Assembly: GCA_965219085.1 (NCBI GenBank)
Contig: OZ244720.1
Span: 2,976,001-3,040,000, forward strand
Direction of reading: 5' to 3'
DNA length: 64,000 bases
DNA from: Dehalococcoidia bacterium
Lineage (GTDB): Bacteria; Chloroflexota; Dehalococcoidia; UBA2979
Within the stretch, counting starts at the first letter, position 1, and every line of letters starts with the position of its first letter. The notes beneath the pieces are model-generated. The model saw only the letters and a program-made list of their open reading frames with translations, was not told the origin of the DNA and searched no databases. The translations under genes and the position numbers were made by a program. Positions 38,361-48,585 of this stretch are shown here, piece by piece.

Positions 38361-40736
38361 GTGATAGCCGCCATTACACAGCTGCGCTCACTCACCGGCC
38401 TCGCCGCGGGGGCCATGCGCGCGCTCGCCGTCGCGAAGAGCGGGCGGGCGAACCCGCGGGTCTCGGGTCGGTTGCGCGTCGGCGGCATCGACGAGGTCGT
38501 CACGATCACGCGCGACCGCTTCGGCATCCCGCACGTCGAGGCCTCCACCGATGCGGGCGCCGTCTTTGGGCAGGGCTTCGCGCAGGCCCACGACCGGCTG
38601 TTCCAACTCGAGCTGTTCCGGCGCGCCGCCTCCGGGCGCCTCGCCGAGGTTTTCGGACCCCGCGCGCTGGACGCGGACCGCTTCGCGCGGCGGCTCGCGC
38701 TCCAGGGCCTCACCGAGCGCGACCTCGAGGCGGCGAGCGCCGAGGCGCGCGTGCTGCTCGAGGCGTTCGCGAACGGCGTCAACGCCGCCATCGCCACGCT
38801 GCGGGCCCTCCCGCCGGAGTTCGCCATCACCGGGGCCGATCCCGAGCCGTGGCGCGCCGAGCACTCGCTGCTCGTCGGGCGGCTGCTCATGCTCGGCTTC
38901 TCGCCGAACTGGGACGCCGAGTTGCAGCGCGATCGCCTGGTCAAGGCGCTGGGGCCAGAGCGCGCCGCGCTCGTCGACATCCCCTACCCGACCGATGCCC
39001 CGACCACGACCGGCCAGCCGTACGAGGGCACCCTTGAACGCCTGCTCGGCGCGTACGGCAACATCGAGGCGGCCGGGGTGCCCGCGGGTGGCGCCTCGAA
39101 TGCATGGGCGCTGGCGGGCTCGCACACGCGCACGGGCGCGCCGCTGCTCGCCTGCGATCCACATGTGCGCGCCGGGGTGCCGAGCCTGTTCCACGTAGCG
39201 CACATCCGTGGCGGCGACCTCGACGTGATCGGCGCGAGCGTGCCCGGCGTGCCCGGTGTCGTCATCGGCCACAACCGCGACGTGGCGTGGGGCATGACCG
39301 CCGGACTGGCCGACGTCAGCGACTGCTACATCGAGGAGTTCGACCCCGCAGACCCGGAGCGCTACCGCACCCCGGACGGGTGGGAGCGCGCTCGCACCCG
39401 TACCGAGCGCATCGAGGTGCGCGGCGGCCCGCCGATCGACGAGACGATGATCGAGACGCGCCACGGTCCGGTCGTCGGGCCCGGGCTGCCGGGCGAGGAG
39501 CGCGCGATCGCGCTCCGCTCGACGGCCCTCGAGGCCGGTGAGACCGTCGGCCCGCTGCTCGATGCGAACCGCGCGCGCGACGCTGCCAGGTTCGAGTCGG
39601 CCATCGCGCGCTGGCCCGGGGCCACGTTCAACTTCGTGTTCGCCGACCGGGACGGTGCGATCGGCTACAGGCTCGCTGGTTCCATTCCTCGCCGCGTCGA
39701 GGGTCAGGGCCTGGCGCCCCAGGACGGCGCGACTTCTCCGGGGCCGCCTGAGCTGCTGACGGCCGAGGAGATGCCGCACCTCCTCGACCCCCCGAGCGGG
39801 GTCATCGTCTCGGCGAACCAGGCGCCCGGCGGCCCGCTCGAACTGGGCGAGGAGTGGATGGAGAGCTATCGCGCGGAGCGGATCAGCACGCTCCTCGCCG
39901 CCCGCGGCGACCACACCGTCGCCTCGTGCCAGGCGATCCAGTCCGACCTCCACAACGCGGGGCTGGTGGCGCTGCGCGACCTGCTGCTGGCGCGCAACGT
40001 GGTTGCCGCCGACGAGGTGCGAGCAGAGCTCGAGGGGTGGGACGGGCAGGTCGCAGCCGCGAGCGCTGGAGCGGCGATCATGGAGACGGTCTACCAGCAC
40101 GCAGCGCGCACGCTCGCTACGCGCGTGGCCGGGACGATGTCCGACATCGTGCTGGGCCGTGGGCTGGGCGCGCCGGCCGGCGAGGACTCGAGGTTCCACT
40201 ACCGGCTGCAGGGCCGCATCGTGGCTGCGCTCGCCGCCGCCGAGGGGCCGTGGTGCGACGGCGAGGAGGACCGTGACCGCGTGCTGCGCGCGGCGACCGA
40301 GCAGGCGCTCGGCGAGCTCCGGGAACGCCTCGGCGACTCGCCCCGCGAGTGGCGCTGGGGCGCGCTGCGCTCGTCGCGGCAACCGCACCCACTGGGCGGT
40401 GTGCCGGGACTCGGCCGGGCGTTCGCGGTCGGCCCGAACGAGATGCCGGGCGACGTGAACACGGTGTGGCAGGGTGGCTACTCGGTGCATCACGGCCCTG
40501 AAGCGCCGGGAGGCTTCTCGCCCGGATACCGCCAGGTCATCGACCTCGCGAACTGGGACCTCTCGACGTTCCAGATGCCCGCGGGCAACTCGGGCATCCC
40601 CGGCCACCCGCACTACGGCGACTGCGCGGCCGAGTTCTTCGAGGGGCGGCAGCGCCCGTTGCTCTACTCGCGCGAGGCGATCGCGGCGAACGCAGAGGGT
40701 ACGCTGGTGCTCGAACCGATCGGGGTGCGCCGATGA
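38361..40736 (+). CDS. Penicillin acylase family Ntn hydrolase
   Basis: RDRFGIPHV, AHDRLFQ, nucleophile ASNAW, GHN, SANQ, HPHYGD; start uncertain. Confidence 0.92.
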   Translation: MIAAITQLRSLTGLAAGAMRALAVAKSGRANPRVSGRLRVGGIDEVVTITRDRFGIPHVEASTDAGAVFGQGFAQAHDRLFQLELFRRAASGRLAEVFGPRALDADRFARRLALQGLTERDLEAASAEARVLLEAFANGVNAAIATLRALPPEFAITGADPEPWRAEHSLLVGRLLMLGFSPNWDAELQRDRLVKALGPERAALVDIPYPTDAPTTTGQPYEGTLERLLGAYGNIEAAGVPAGGASNAWALAGSHTRTGAPLLACDPHVRAGVPSLFHVAHIRGGDLDVIGASVPGVPGVVIGHNRDVAWGMTAGLADVSDCYIEEFDPADPERYRTPDGWERARTRTERIEVRGGPPIDETMIETRHGPVVGPGLPGEERAIALRSTALEAGETVGPLLDANRARDAARFESAIARWPGATFNFVFADRDGAIGYRLAGSIPRRVEGQGLAPQDGATSPGPPELLTAEEMPHLLDPPSGVIVSANQAPGGPLELGEEWMESYRAERISTLLAARGDHTVASCQAIQSDLHNAGLVALRDLLLARNVVAADEVRAELEGWDGQVAAASAGAAIMETVYQHAARTLATRVAGTMSDIVLGRGLGAPAGEDSRFHYRLQGRIVAALAAAEGPWCDGEEDRDRVLRAATEQALGELRERLGDSPREWRWGALRSSRQPHPLGGVPGLGRAFAVGPNEMPGDVNTVWQGGYSVHHGPEAPGGFSPGYRQVIDLANWDLSTFQMPAGNSGIPGHPHYGDCAAEFFEGRQRPLLYSREAIAANAEGTLVLEPIGVRR

Positions 40737-41779
40737 CGACTTCGCCGGCAGGCCTCGAGGCGCGGATGCGCGAGTATCGTCCGCGTGTCGACGCGGAGAT
40801 GCGCGCCGTTGTCGGTGACGACCCGGCCGGGCTGTACGCGTGGATGCGCTACCACCTCGGCTGGGAGGATCGCGAGGGGACACCCACGAGGCGCGGCCCC
40901 GGCAAGATGCTGCGCTCGACCGCGCTGCTGCTCGCGGCCGAGGCCTGTGGCGGCGAGGTAGAGCACGCGGTTCCGGCCGCGGCTGCCGTCGAACTCCTCC
41001 ACAACTTCTCGCTCGTACACGACGACATCGAGGACGACAGCGACACGCGCCGCGGGCAGGCGGCGCTGTGGACCCTCGTCGGGTTGGCGCAGGGCATCAA
41101 TACCGGCGACGGCATGTTCACGCTCGCGCGTGTCGCCCTGCACCGCCTGCCGGCCGCGGGCGTCGCGCCTGCCGTCGCGTTCGCAACCACCGAGGAGCTC
41201 GATCGCGCCTGCATGCGGCTGATCGAGGGGCAGTACCACGACATCGCCTTCGAGACGCGGGCGAGCGTCGACCGCGACGAGTACCTCGCGATGGTCGAAG
41301 GCAAGACGTCGGCGCTGTTCGCTGCGTCGGCGGCGATGGGGTCGTTGATCGCGGGCGCGCCGCCGGAGCGCGTCGATGCGCTGCGGGAGTGGGGCCGGCA
41401 GATCGGCCTGGCGTTCCAGGCGGTCGACGACCTGCTCGGCATCTGGGGCGACCCCGCGGTGACGGGCAAGCCCGTCGGCGACGACGTCGCCGTGCGCAAG
41501 CAGACGTTCCCGGTGATCGCCGCGCTCGCCTCGGGGAAGGCGCCGGACCTCGAAGCCGCCTACCGTCGCAACGGGGACGGCGAGGCGGTCATCGCCACGC
41601 CCGACATCGCCGCGCTGACCGCGGAGATCGAGGCGTCGGGAGCACGTGCGACGACCGAGGCGCTGGTGCGCGAGCACCGCGCGCTCGCCGACGCCGTCCT
41701 CGCCGCCTCGGGCCTCAGCGCCGAGGCGCGCGCCCCGTTCACGGAGTACGCCGACCTGGCGACCGCCCGCGAGGCATAG
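40733..41779 (+). CDS. Polyprenyl diphosphate synthase
   Basis: GKMLR, HDDIED..RRG, GQ..D, KT, FQAVDD. Confidence 0.92.
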   Translation: MTTSPAGLEARMREYRPRVDAEMRAVVGDDPAGLYAWMRYHLGWEDREGTPTRRGPGKMLRSTALLLAAEACGGEVEHAVPAAAAVELLHNFSLVHDDIEDDSDTRRGQAALWTLVGLAQGINTGDGMFTLARVALHRLPAAGVAPAVAFATTEELDRACMRLIEGQYHDIAFETRASVDRDEYLAMVEGKTSALFAASAAMGSLIAGAPPERVDALREWGRQIGLAFQAVDDLLGIWGDPAVTGKPVGDDVAVRKQTFPVIAALASGKAPDLEAAYRRNGDGEAVIATPDIAALTAEIEASGARATTEALVREHRALADAVLAASGLSAEARAPFTEYADLATAREA

Positions 41780-41812
41780 CCCGCGGCGGGCCGACGCGCA
41801 TATGATCGGGCC

Positions 41813-43006
41813 GTGAACAGCGTTCGCGCCAAGCGCAGCATCCGCGACATCGACCTGGCAGGCCGCCGGGTCTTCCTGCGCGTCGACTACAACGTGCAGG
41901 TCGAGGACGGCAAGGTCGTCGACGACATGCGGCTGCGCGAGTCGCTGCCGACCATCGCCCACCTCCGGGAGGCGGGCGCGAGCGTGATCCTGTGCTCGCA
42001 CCGCGGTCGGCCGCGCGGCCAGGTGGTCGAGAACCTGCGCAACGTGCCCGTCGCCACGCACCTTTCGAGGCTCATCGAGACGCCCGTGCGCGCGGTCGGC
42101 GACTGCATCGGGCCCGAGGCGGAGGCGGCCGCGGCTGCGCTCGCCCCGGGCGAGCTGCTGATGCTGGAGAACGTGCGCTTCCACGCCGGCGAGGAGGCGA
42201 ACGACCCGGGGTTCTCGGCGAAGCTCGCACGGCTCGCCGACGTGTACGTGAGCGACGCCTTCGGCACGGCGCACCGCGCGCACGCCTCGATCGTCGGAGT
42301 GCCGCGGCACCTGCCCGCGGTCGCGGGGCTGCTGCTCGAACGCGAGTTGAACGCGCTGGGCGGACTGAAGGAGCCGGAGCGCCCGTTTGCGATCGTGATC
42401 GGCGGGGCGAAGGTCGCCGACAAGATCGCGATTCTCAGCCACCTCGTTGCCAGGGCAGACGTGGTCTGCGTGGGGGGCGCCGTGGCCAACACGTTCCTCG
42501 TCGAGCAGGGCGCCGACGTGGCCGACTCGCTGTGGGAACGGGACGGCCTGGGCGCGGCGCGCGAAGTGCTCGCGCAAGTCAGCGAGCGGCGCGATCTGCG
42601 GTTGTACCTCCCCGTCGACGCGGTCGTCGGGTTCGGCGCGGCGGACGCCGGGCACATCCGCAAGGTGCCGGTGGACAGCGTGCCGCCGGACTGGCGCATT
42701 CTCGACATCGGCCCGGCGACGGTGGAGCTGTTCCGTACGGTGTTACACCCGATGCGCACCGTGGTCTGGAACGGTCCGCTCGGGCTGTTCGAGCGCGAGC
42801 CCTTCGACTACGGCTCGCTGGCGATGGCCGAGACGCTCGCGGACCTCGAGGCACAGGTGGTGATCGGCGGCGGCGAGACGGCGGCGGCGGTGCATCGCGC
42901 GGGCATCGAGGACCGCATCTCGCACATCTCGACGGGTGGCGGGGCCTCACTGGCGATGCTGCAGGGCCACGCCCTCCCCGCCGTCGACGCCCTCGACGAC
43001 GCGTAA
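41813..43006 (+). CDS. pgk: Phosphoglycerate kinase
   Basis: RVDYNV, LENVRF, DAFGTAHR, GGAKVADK, WNGP, HISTGGGAS. Confidence 0.96.
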   Translation: MNSVRAKRSIRDIDLAGRRVFLRVDYNVQVEDGKVVDDMRLRESLPTIAHLREAGASVILCSHRGRPRGQVVENLRNVPVATHLSRLIETPVRAVGDCIGPEAEAAAAALAPGELLMLENVRFHAGEEANDPGFSAKLARLADVYVSDAFGTAHRAHASIVGVPRHLPAVAGLLLERELNALGGLKEPERPFAIVIGGAKVADKIAILSHLVARADVVCVGGAVANTFLVEQGADVADSLWERDGLGAAREVLAQVSERRDLRLYLPVDAVVGFGAADAGHIRKVPVDSVPPDWRILDIGPATVELFRTVLHPMRTVVWNGPLGLFEREPFDYGSLAMAETLADLEAQVVIGGGETAAAVHRAGIEDRISHISTGGGASLAMLQGHALPAVDALDDA

Positions 43007-43029
43007 CGCGGCTGCACCTGCTCCGAGTG

Positions 43030-43074
43030 TTGACCTCAACAGTCAGAGCGGTCATATTAGTCAGAGTGTACTGA
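43030..43074 (+). promoter_or_regulatory. Promoter/operator of TA module
   Basis: TTGACC 43030-43035, CATATT at 17-nt spacing; TGACC/GGTCA inverted repeat; AGTCAGAG twice. Confidence 0.5.
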
Positions 43075-43143
43075 TTGCACCGTTGGCGGGTGATACCTCG
43101 CCAGCGAAGTGCGTCCCACGGGGCGTAGTGGGGGGAGAGCGCC

Positions 43144-43512
43144 ATGACTGACTCGAGTGTCGAACGCGACTACCCCGCCGAGCGCCACGAGGCAGGCGCG
43201 AGGCATGTCGGCGTCTCCGAGGCGAAGGCAACCTTTTCGGCGCTGATCGAGGGGGTGCAGCACCGCGGCGAACGCTACGTGATCGAACGCCACGGCAAGC
43301 CGGCCGCGGCGCTGGTGAGCATGGACGAACTTGAAGGCCTCGAGGATCGAAAGGCTACTCCGACGCGACAAAACGATGGATTAAGCGGGCTGATAGGTCT
43401 CTTCAGCGGCATCATGACCGATGAAGAGATCGACGAGATGGTCGCCGCGATCTACGCCGATCGCGAACGCGATGTCCCCCGCGAGATCGACACGAGCGAG
43501 TGGGGCGTGTGA
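43144..43512 (+). CDS. Phd/YefM-family antitoxin
   Basis: VSEAKATFSALI, GERYVIERHGKPAAALV. Confidence 0.9.
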   Translation: MTDSSVERDYPAERHEAGARHVGVSEAKATFSALIEGVQHRGERYVIERHGKPAAALVSMDELEGLEDRKATPTRQNDGLSGLIGLFSGIMTDEEIDEMVAAIYADRERDVPREIDTSEWGV

Positions 43513-43916
43513 GGTACCTCTTCGACACCGACACGGTCAGCGCGCTCACGAGAGGGTCGCCTCCTGAGGCGTTGCTGATGCGGATGGCGACTACGGCCCG
43601 GGAGGATCGGACTACTTCGAGCGTTACCTTGGCCGAGCTACTTTTCGGAGCGTACAGAACGGGCCCACGTTCTGAGGACTTGCTTGCGCGCATACGGGCC
43701 GCGCTGCCGTCGACTCCCCTGCTGCCGTTCGACGACTCAGCCGCCGAACAATACGCACGCCTCCGCTCGTACCTTGAAGCGCGAGGGATGCCGATTGGCC
43801 AGGCAGACACGCAGATCGCGGCGATCGCCCTCGCGAACGATCTCACCGTCGTCACTGGCAACGTCCGCCACTTCGAGCGCGTCCCCGGCCTCACCGTCGA
43901 GAACTGGCTCGAGTAG
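43509..43916 (+). CDS. vapC: PIN-domain (VapC) toxin
   Basis: YLFDTD, AELLFG, DTQIAAIA, VTGNVRHF. Confidence 0.93.
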   Translation: MRYLFDTDTVSALTRGSPPEALLMRMATTAREDRTTSSVTLAELLFGAYRTGPRSEDLLARIRAALPSTPLLPFDDSAAEQYARLRSYLEARGMPIGQADTQIAAIALANDLTVVTGNVRHFERVPGLTVENWLE

Positions 43917-43994
43917 CCGCTGCCTCGCACGCCACCGAGTGGGACCGACGGTCGGCTCGGGCGCTACGCGGCCCCCTCGCGATAGCATGTAGCC

Positions 43995-45206
43995 ATGGAC
44001 CCCGAACTGATCCGGCGCCTCTCGATCCCGGCGGACAGCAAGGTCGTGCTGTGCGTCCTCGACGGCCTCGGCGGCCTGCCCGGCCCCCGCGGACGCACCG
44101 AGCTCGAGGCTGCCGACTGCCTCTACCTCGATCGCCTGGCCGAGGAGGGGATGATCGGGCAGACGCTGCCCGTCGGGCACGGCATCACACCGGGCTCGGG
44201 GCCAGGCCACCTCGGCCTCTTCGGCTACGACCCGCTGGAGATCGAGGTCGGCCGAGGGGTGCTCGAGGCCACCGGCATCGATTTCCCGCTCGGCCCGCAC
44301 GATCTCGCCGCGCGCGGCAACCTCTGCACCGTCGACGCCCAGGGCAATATCACCGACCGTCGCGCCGGGCGCGTGGCGACCGAGATCACGGCCGAGATCG
44401 CCGAGCGCCTCTCTGGCGTCGAGCTCCCGGGCTACGAGGCGCTCGTGCGCGAGGTGCGCGAGCACCGCTTCGTGCTCGTGCTGCGCCCCCTCGACGGCAA
44501 CGCCCCGCTCAGCGACGCGCTCTCTGAGACCGACCCACAGCGCGAGGGCGCGCCGGCCCTGGCGGCCGAGGCGCTCGCTCCGGAGGCGGCCGACGCGGCG
44601 GGCATCGTGAACCACTTCGCGAGCGAGGCGCGCGCCCGCATCGCCGATCGCGAGACGGCGAACCAGGTGCTGCTGCGTGGGTGGTCGCGGCTGCCGGATC
44701 TGCCGCAACTCCCGGAGCTCTGGAAGCTGCGCGCGGCCGCCGTCGCGATCTACCCGATGTACCGCGGCCTCGCGCGCCTCGTCGGCATGGACGTCCTCGA
44801 CGCCGGCGACTCGCTCGCCACGCAAGTCGCCGCCGTGCGCGAACACTGGGACGACTACGACTTCTTCTTCATCCACTACAAGCCGACCGACGCCGCCGGC
44901 GAGGACGGCGACTTCGCACGCAAGCAGCAGGCCATCGCGACATTCGACGACTGCGTGCCGGAGTTGCTCGCCCTCGGACCGAACGTGTTCGTCGTGGCCG
45001 GTGACCACTCGACGCCTGCGGCGATGGCCTCGCATTCCTGGCACCCCGTGCCTGCGCTGGTCTGGGGAGACTACGTGCGCCAGGACGGCTCGCACCGCTT
45101 TGGCGAGCGCGAGTGCGCGCGAGGCGGGCTCGGCACCATCCCCGCCAAAGAGCTGCTGCCGATCGCGTTCGCGCACGCGGGCCGGCTGACGAAGTTCGGC
45201 GCCTGA
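43995..45206 (+). CDS. apgM: 2,3-BPG-independent phosphoglycerate mutase, ApgM type
   Basis: LDGLGG, PGSGPGHL, DRRAGR, DAAGEDG, GDHSTP, HSWHPVP. Confidence 0.93.
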   Translation: MDPELIRRLSIPADSKVVLCVLDGLGGLPGPRGRTELEAADCLYLDRLAEEGMIGQTLPVGHGITPGSGPGHLGLFGYDPLEIEVGRGVLEATGIDFPLGPHDLAARGNLCTVDAQGNITDRRAGRVATEITAEIAERLSGVELPGYEALVREVREHRFVLVLRPLDGNAPLSDALSETDPQREGAPALAAEALAPEAADAAGIVNHFASEARARIADRETANQVLLRGWSRLPDLPQLPELWKLRAAAVAIYPMYRGLARLVGMDVLDAGDSLATQVAAVREHWDDYDFFFIHYKPTDAAGEDGDFARKQQAIATFDDCVPELLALGPNVFVVAGDHSTPAAMASHSWHPVPALVWGDYVRQDGSHRFGERECARGGLGTIPAKELLPIAFAHAGRLTKFGA

Positions 45207-45985
45207 TGACCCCCGCGCGCACACCCATCGTCGGCGGCAACTGGAAGATGCACCTCGACCGCGCAGGCGCGCGCGACCTGCTGCGCGCGCTGCGTCGGCA
45301 ACTCGACGGCGTCGATGGCGTCGATGTCGTGATCTGCCCGCCCGCGCCGTGGCTGGGCGATGCTGCCGACGCGCTCGCCGGCACGTCGTTGCACGTCGGC
45401 GCGCAAAACGCGTACTGGCTGCCGAGCGGCGCCTACACAGGCGAGGTCGGCGCGGCCATGCTGATAGGGACGGCGCAGTACGTCCTCGTCGGCCACTCCG
45501 AGCGCCGCCACGTCTTCGGCGAGACGAACGAGGACACCGGCCGCAAGCTGGCAGCCGTGCTCGAACTCGGCCTCCAGCCCATCCTCGCCATCGGCGAGCT
45601 GCAGGCCGAACGCGAGACGGGCACGACGCGCGAGGTGCTGCGCACCCAGCTCGACGCCGCGTTCACCGACGTCGCCCAGCTACCCGAAGGCTTCGTCGTG
45701 GCCTACGAGCCGGTGTGGGCGATCGGCACGGGGCTCACGGCGACGCCCGAGATCGCGCAGTCGACCATCGCCGATGTGCGGACGATGATCGCCGACCGCT
45801 TCGGAGCGGCGACGGCCGAGTCGTGCCGTATCCAGTACGGCGGCTCGGTCAACGCCGGCAACGTCGCCGACCTCGCCGCCCAGCCGGACATCGACGGCGC
45901 GCTCGTCGGCGGGGCATCGCTCGACGCAGAGGCGTTCGCGACGATCTGCCGCGCCGTCGCCGCGGCCGCGGAGGACGCGAGCTGA
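45206..45985 (+). CDS. tpiA: Triosephosphate isomerase
   Basis: GNWKMH, GHSERR, AYEPVWAIGTG, YGGSV, LVGGASL. Confidence 0.97.
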   Translation: MTPARTPIVGGNWKMHLDRAGARDLLRALRRQLDGVDGVDVVICPPAPWLGDAADALAGTSLHVGAQNAYWLPSGAYTGEVGAAMLIGTAQYVLVGHSERRHVFGETNEDTGRKLAAVLELGLQPILAIGELQAERETGTTREVLRTQLDAAFTDVAQLPEGFVVAYEPVWAIGTGLTATPEIAQSTIADVRTMIADRFGAATAESCRIQYGGSVNAGNVADLAAQPDIDGALVGGASLDAEAFATICRAVAAAAEDAS

Positions 45986-46902
45986 ACGGCCCGGGCGTCG
46001 TCGCGCTGGTTGGCCCCACGGCGTCGGGCAAGACGGCGGCGGCGATGGCCGTCGCCGAACGGCTGCCGATCGAGGTGGTCTCCGCCGACTCGCGCCAGAT
46101 CCGGCGCGGCATGCGCATCGGCACCGCGGCCCCCACCGACGAGGAGCTCGCGGCCGTCCCGCACCACCTCGTCGGTATCGTCGAGCCCGACGCAGCGTGG
46201 ACGCTCGCGGACTTCCTCGAGCGTGCGCACGCGGCGATCGACGCGATCCACGCGCGCGGGCGCCTGCCGCTGCTCGTCGGCGGCGCCGGGCAGTACGTGT
46301 GGGCGCTGCTCGAAGGCTGGCAACCGCCCGCCGTCCCGCCAAACCGGGAGCTGCGAGCGCTCCTCCAACGCGAGGCCCGCGAACACGGCGTCGAGGCGGT
46401 CCACGCGCGCCTCGCCGCGCTCGACCCCGCGTCCGCCGAGCGCATCGGCACGACGAACGAGCGGCGCCTGATCCGCGCACTCGAGATCGTCGAGGCGACG
46501 GGTGAGCCGATCGGGCCGCTGCCGCGCGTAGCGCCGCCGTGGCCGTGGCGCGTCGTCGGCCTCCAGTGGTCGCGATCGGCGCTCAACCGCCGCGCGAACC
46601 GGCGCGCGGAGGCGATGTACGCCGCGGGCCTCGTCGAGGAGACCCGTGAGGTCATCGCCCGCCACGGCGAGGACTTCGAGGCGCTGCGTTCGATTGGCTA
46701 CGCCGAGGCGCTGGGCGTGCTGCACGGCGAGTGGGACGAGGCGGAGGCCATCGCGCGCACGCAGGCGGCGACGCGCCGCCTCATCCGCCGTCAGGCCGCG
46801 TGGTTCCGGCCCGTGGACCCTCGGATCGAGTGGGTGGCGGGTGGGGACGTCGAAGGTGTGGTCGGGGTGGTGGAGGCTGCGGCGCAGGAGTTGGCTGGGT
46901 AA
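45982..46902 (+). CDS. miaA: tRNA dimethylallyltransferase, probable CTG start
   Basis: GPTASGKT, SADSRQ, IGTA, PHHL, RALE, IGYAE, RRQAAWF. Confidence 0.92.
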   Translation: MNGPGVVALVGPTASGKTAAAMAVAERLPIEVVSADSRQIRRGMRIGTAAPTDEELAAVPHHLVGIVEPDAAWTLADFLERAHAAIDAIHARGRLPLLVGGAGQYVWALLEGWQPPAVPPNRELRALLQREAREHGVEAVHARLAALDPASAERIGTTNERRLIRALEIVEATGEPIGPLPRVAPPWPWRVVGLQWSRSALNRRANRRAEAMYAAGLVEETREVIARHGEDFEALRSIGYAEALGVLHGEWDEAEAIARTQAATRRLIRRQAAWFRPVDPRIEWVAGGDVEGVVGVVEAAAQELAG

Positions 46903-46908
46903 GGCGGA

Positions 46909-47205
46909 TCAGGGAGCCGGGGCAGGCTCATTGATCGGGTGGAAGACTTCATAGCCCTTGACGCGCAGCTTCTGCGGACCGTGAGCGATGAGGGCGTCGC
47001 GGATGCGCTCGGCCTCTGGCAGCCCGTGCAGGCTCACACCCCGGGGCAGCCCGATGAGCTCGACGCCGATGAGGTTGCCTTCACTGTCGTAATCGAGGTT
47101 TCTCCAGTCGCCGAACTCCCGGCAGGTGGCGACCCTCGCGTTGAGGAAGCGCAGATACAGGATGTCGCCCACATCGTTGATCCGGACTTCGATGCGCTCG
47201 CTCAT
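46909..47205 (-). CDS. DUF2283-like putative antitoxin
   Basis: DILYLRF, LDYDSEGNLIGVEL. Confidence 0.8.
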   Translation of the reverse strand: MSERIEVRINDVGDILYLRFLNARVATCREFGDWRNLDYDSEGNLIGVELIGLPRGVSLHGLPEAERIRDALIAHGPQKLRVKGYEVFHPINEPAPAP

Positions 47206-47226
47206 GTGTTTCCTTCGGTTTGAAGC

Positions 47227-47487
47227 CTATTCGCCATGCCACGCCACGGTCGCAACACGCATCGGTTCTGATCCGATGCGGACGTAGACCTTGCAGCGGC
47301 GTGTCCCCATTGAGCGCAGGTAGATGTTACACGGGTCTGTCGGCGGACGATCGCGAGCAGGCCGGATCTCGTCGGGCTGCTCAAGCGTCGCCCGCACGTA
47401 CTCCACGGCGACGCCGAACTCGTCCATCCGGTCGAGCGCATGCGGCTCGTACTCGATCGGGCCGCCACGCGTCAGCGCTGGCTCCAC
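47227..47487 (-). CDS. DUF4258-like putative RNase toxin
   Basis: HALDRMDEFGV, VRATLEQPD, VATV; upstream of DUF2283. Confidence 0.78.
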   Translation of the reverse strand: MEPALTRGGPIEYEPHALDRMDEFGVAVEYVRATLEQPDEIRPARDRPPTDPCNIYLRSMGTRRCKVYVRIGSEPMRVATVAWHGE

Positions 47488-47596
47488 AGCTGCTCTCCGG
47501 ACGCGATGCGGCTGCGCGCGTCGACGTCGAGTGAACGGTGGGGCGGGTGCGGGAAGATAACGTACATCCGGGCAAGGGGGGAGCGCGTGGAGGAAA

Positions 47597-47620
47597 TGGC
47601 AGCCTCAGTTGAGGCTGCCA
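47597..47620. repeat. Perfect 11-bp inverted repeat upstream of dapF
   Basis: TGGCAGCCTCA-GT-TGAGGCTGCCA. Confidence 0.7.
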
Positions 47621-47645
47621 CCAGCCCGCACGTACGATGATTGCC

Positions 47646-48521
47646 ATGAGCGCGTGGGCCTTCTGGAAGATGCACGGCGCCGGCAACGACTTCGTCGTCA
47701 CTGCCGGCGACGACGCCGCGCACCTCGCACGCTCCGGCGAGGCGTGGAGCACGCTCGCGGAGCGCGTCTGCGACCGGCACGTTGGCGTCGGAGCCGACGG
47801 GCTGATCGCCGTCCTGCCCTCCGATGTCGCCGACCGGCGCATGCGCATCTTCAACCCCGACGGCTCCGAGGCCGAGATGTGCGGCAACGGCATCCGCTGC
47901 CTCGTCAAGTTCGTGCTCGACCAGGACGATGACCTGCGCGCGCGCGGCTCGCTCCGCGTCGAGACGCTCGCGGGCGTGCTCGACGCCGTGGCGTCGCCCG
48001 GCGCGGACGGCACGGTCGCGCGCGTGCGCGTGAGCATGGGCGAGCCGCACTTCGCGCCCGAGGACCTCGGCGCGCTCGTCGAGCAGGCGCCGCCGGTGCT
48101 CGGCCTGCCGCTGGAGGCGGCCGGTACGGAGCAGACCGTCACGCTCGTCTCGATGGGCAACCCGCACGCCGTCGCGTTCATCGACGCGCCGGTCGAAGCG
48201 TTCGAGCTCGAACGCATCGGACCGGCAATCGAGCACCACCGGGTGTTCTCAAACCGCACGAACTTCGAGGTCGTGCGCGTGCGCGATCGCGGCTCCATCG
48301 ACATGCGCGTCTGGGAGCGTGGCGTGGGCGAGACCCTCGCCTGTGGCTCGGGCGCGTGCGCTGCCGCGGTCGCGTCGAGGCTGCACGGCTTCGTCGGTGA
48401 CCGCGTCGACGTCCACGTGCCGGGCGGCACGCTCGGCATCGGGTGGGACGGCGCCGGTGAGGTCTCGCTCGAGGGGCCCGCGACGCTCGTCTTCGCCTCG
48501 ACGTGGGAGGATCCCGCGTGA
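47646..48521 (+). CDS. dapF: Diaminopimelate epimerase
   Basis: KMHGAGNDF, EMCGNGIRC, GNPH, ERGVGETLACGSG. Confidence 0.97.
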   Translation: MSAWAFWKMHGAGNDFVVTAGDDAAHLARSGEAWSTLAERVCDRHVGVGADGLIAVLPSDVADRRMRIFNPDGSEAEMCGNGIRCLVKFVLDQDDDLRARGSLRVETLAGVLDAVASPGADGTVARVRVSMGEPHFAPEDLGALVEQAPPVLGLPLEAAGTEQTVTLVSMGNPHAVAFIDAPVEAFELERIGPAIEHHRVFSNRTNFEVVRVRDRGSIDMRVWERGVGETLACGSGACAAAVASRLHGFVGDRVDVHVPGGTLGIGWDGAGEVSLEGPATLVFASTWEDPA

Positions 48522-48585
48522 CCTCGACGCGCTCCGGGCAGCAGCGAACGCTGCCCACACCTGCACATCAGCCGGAGGTACTCGC

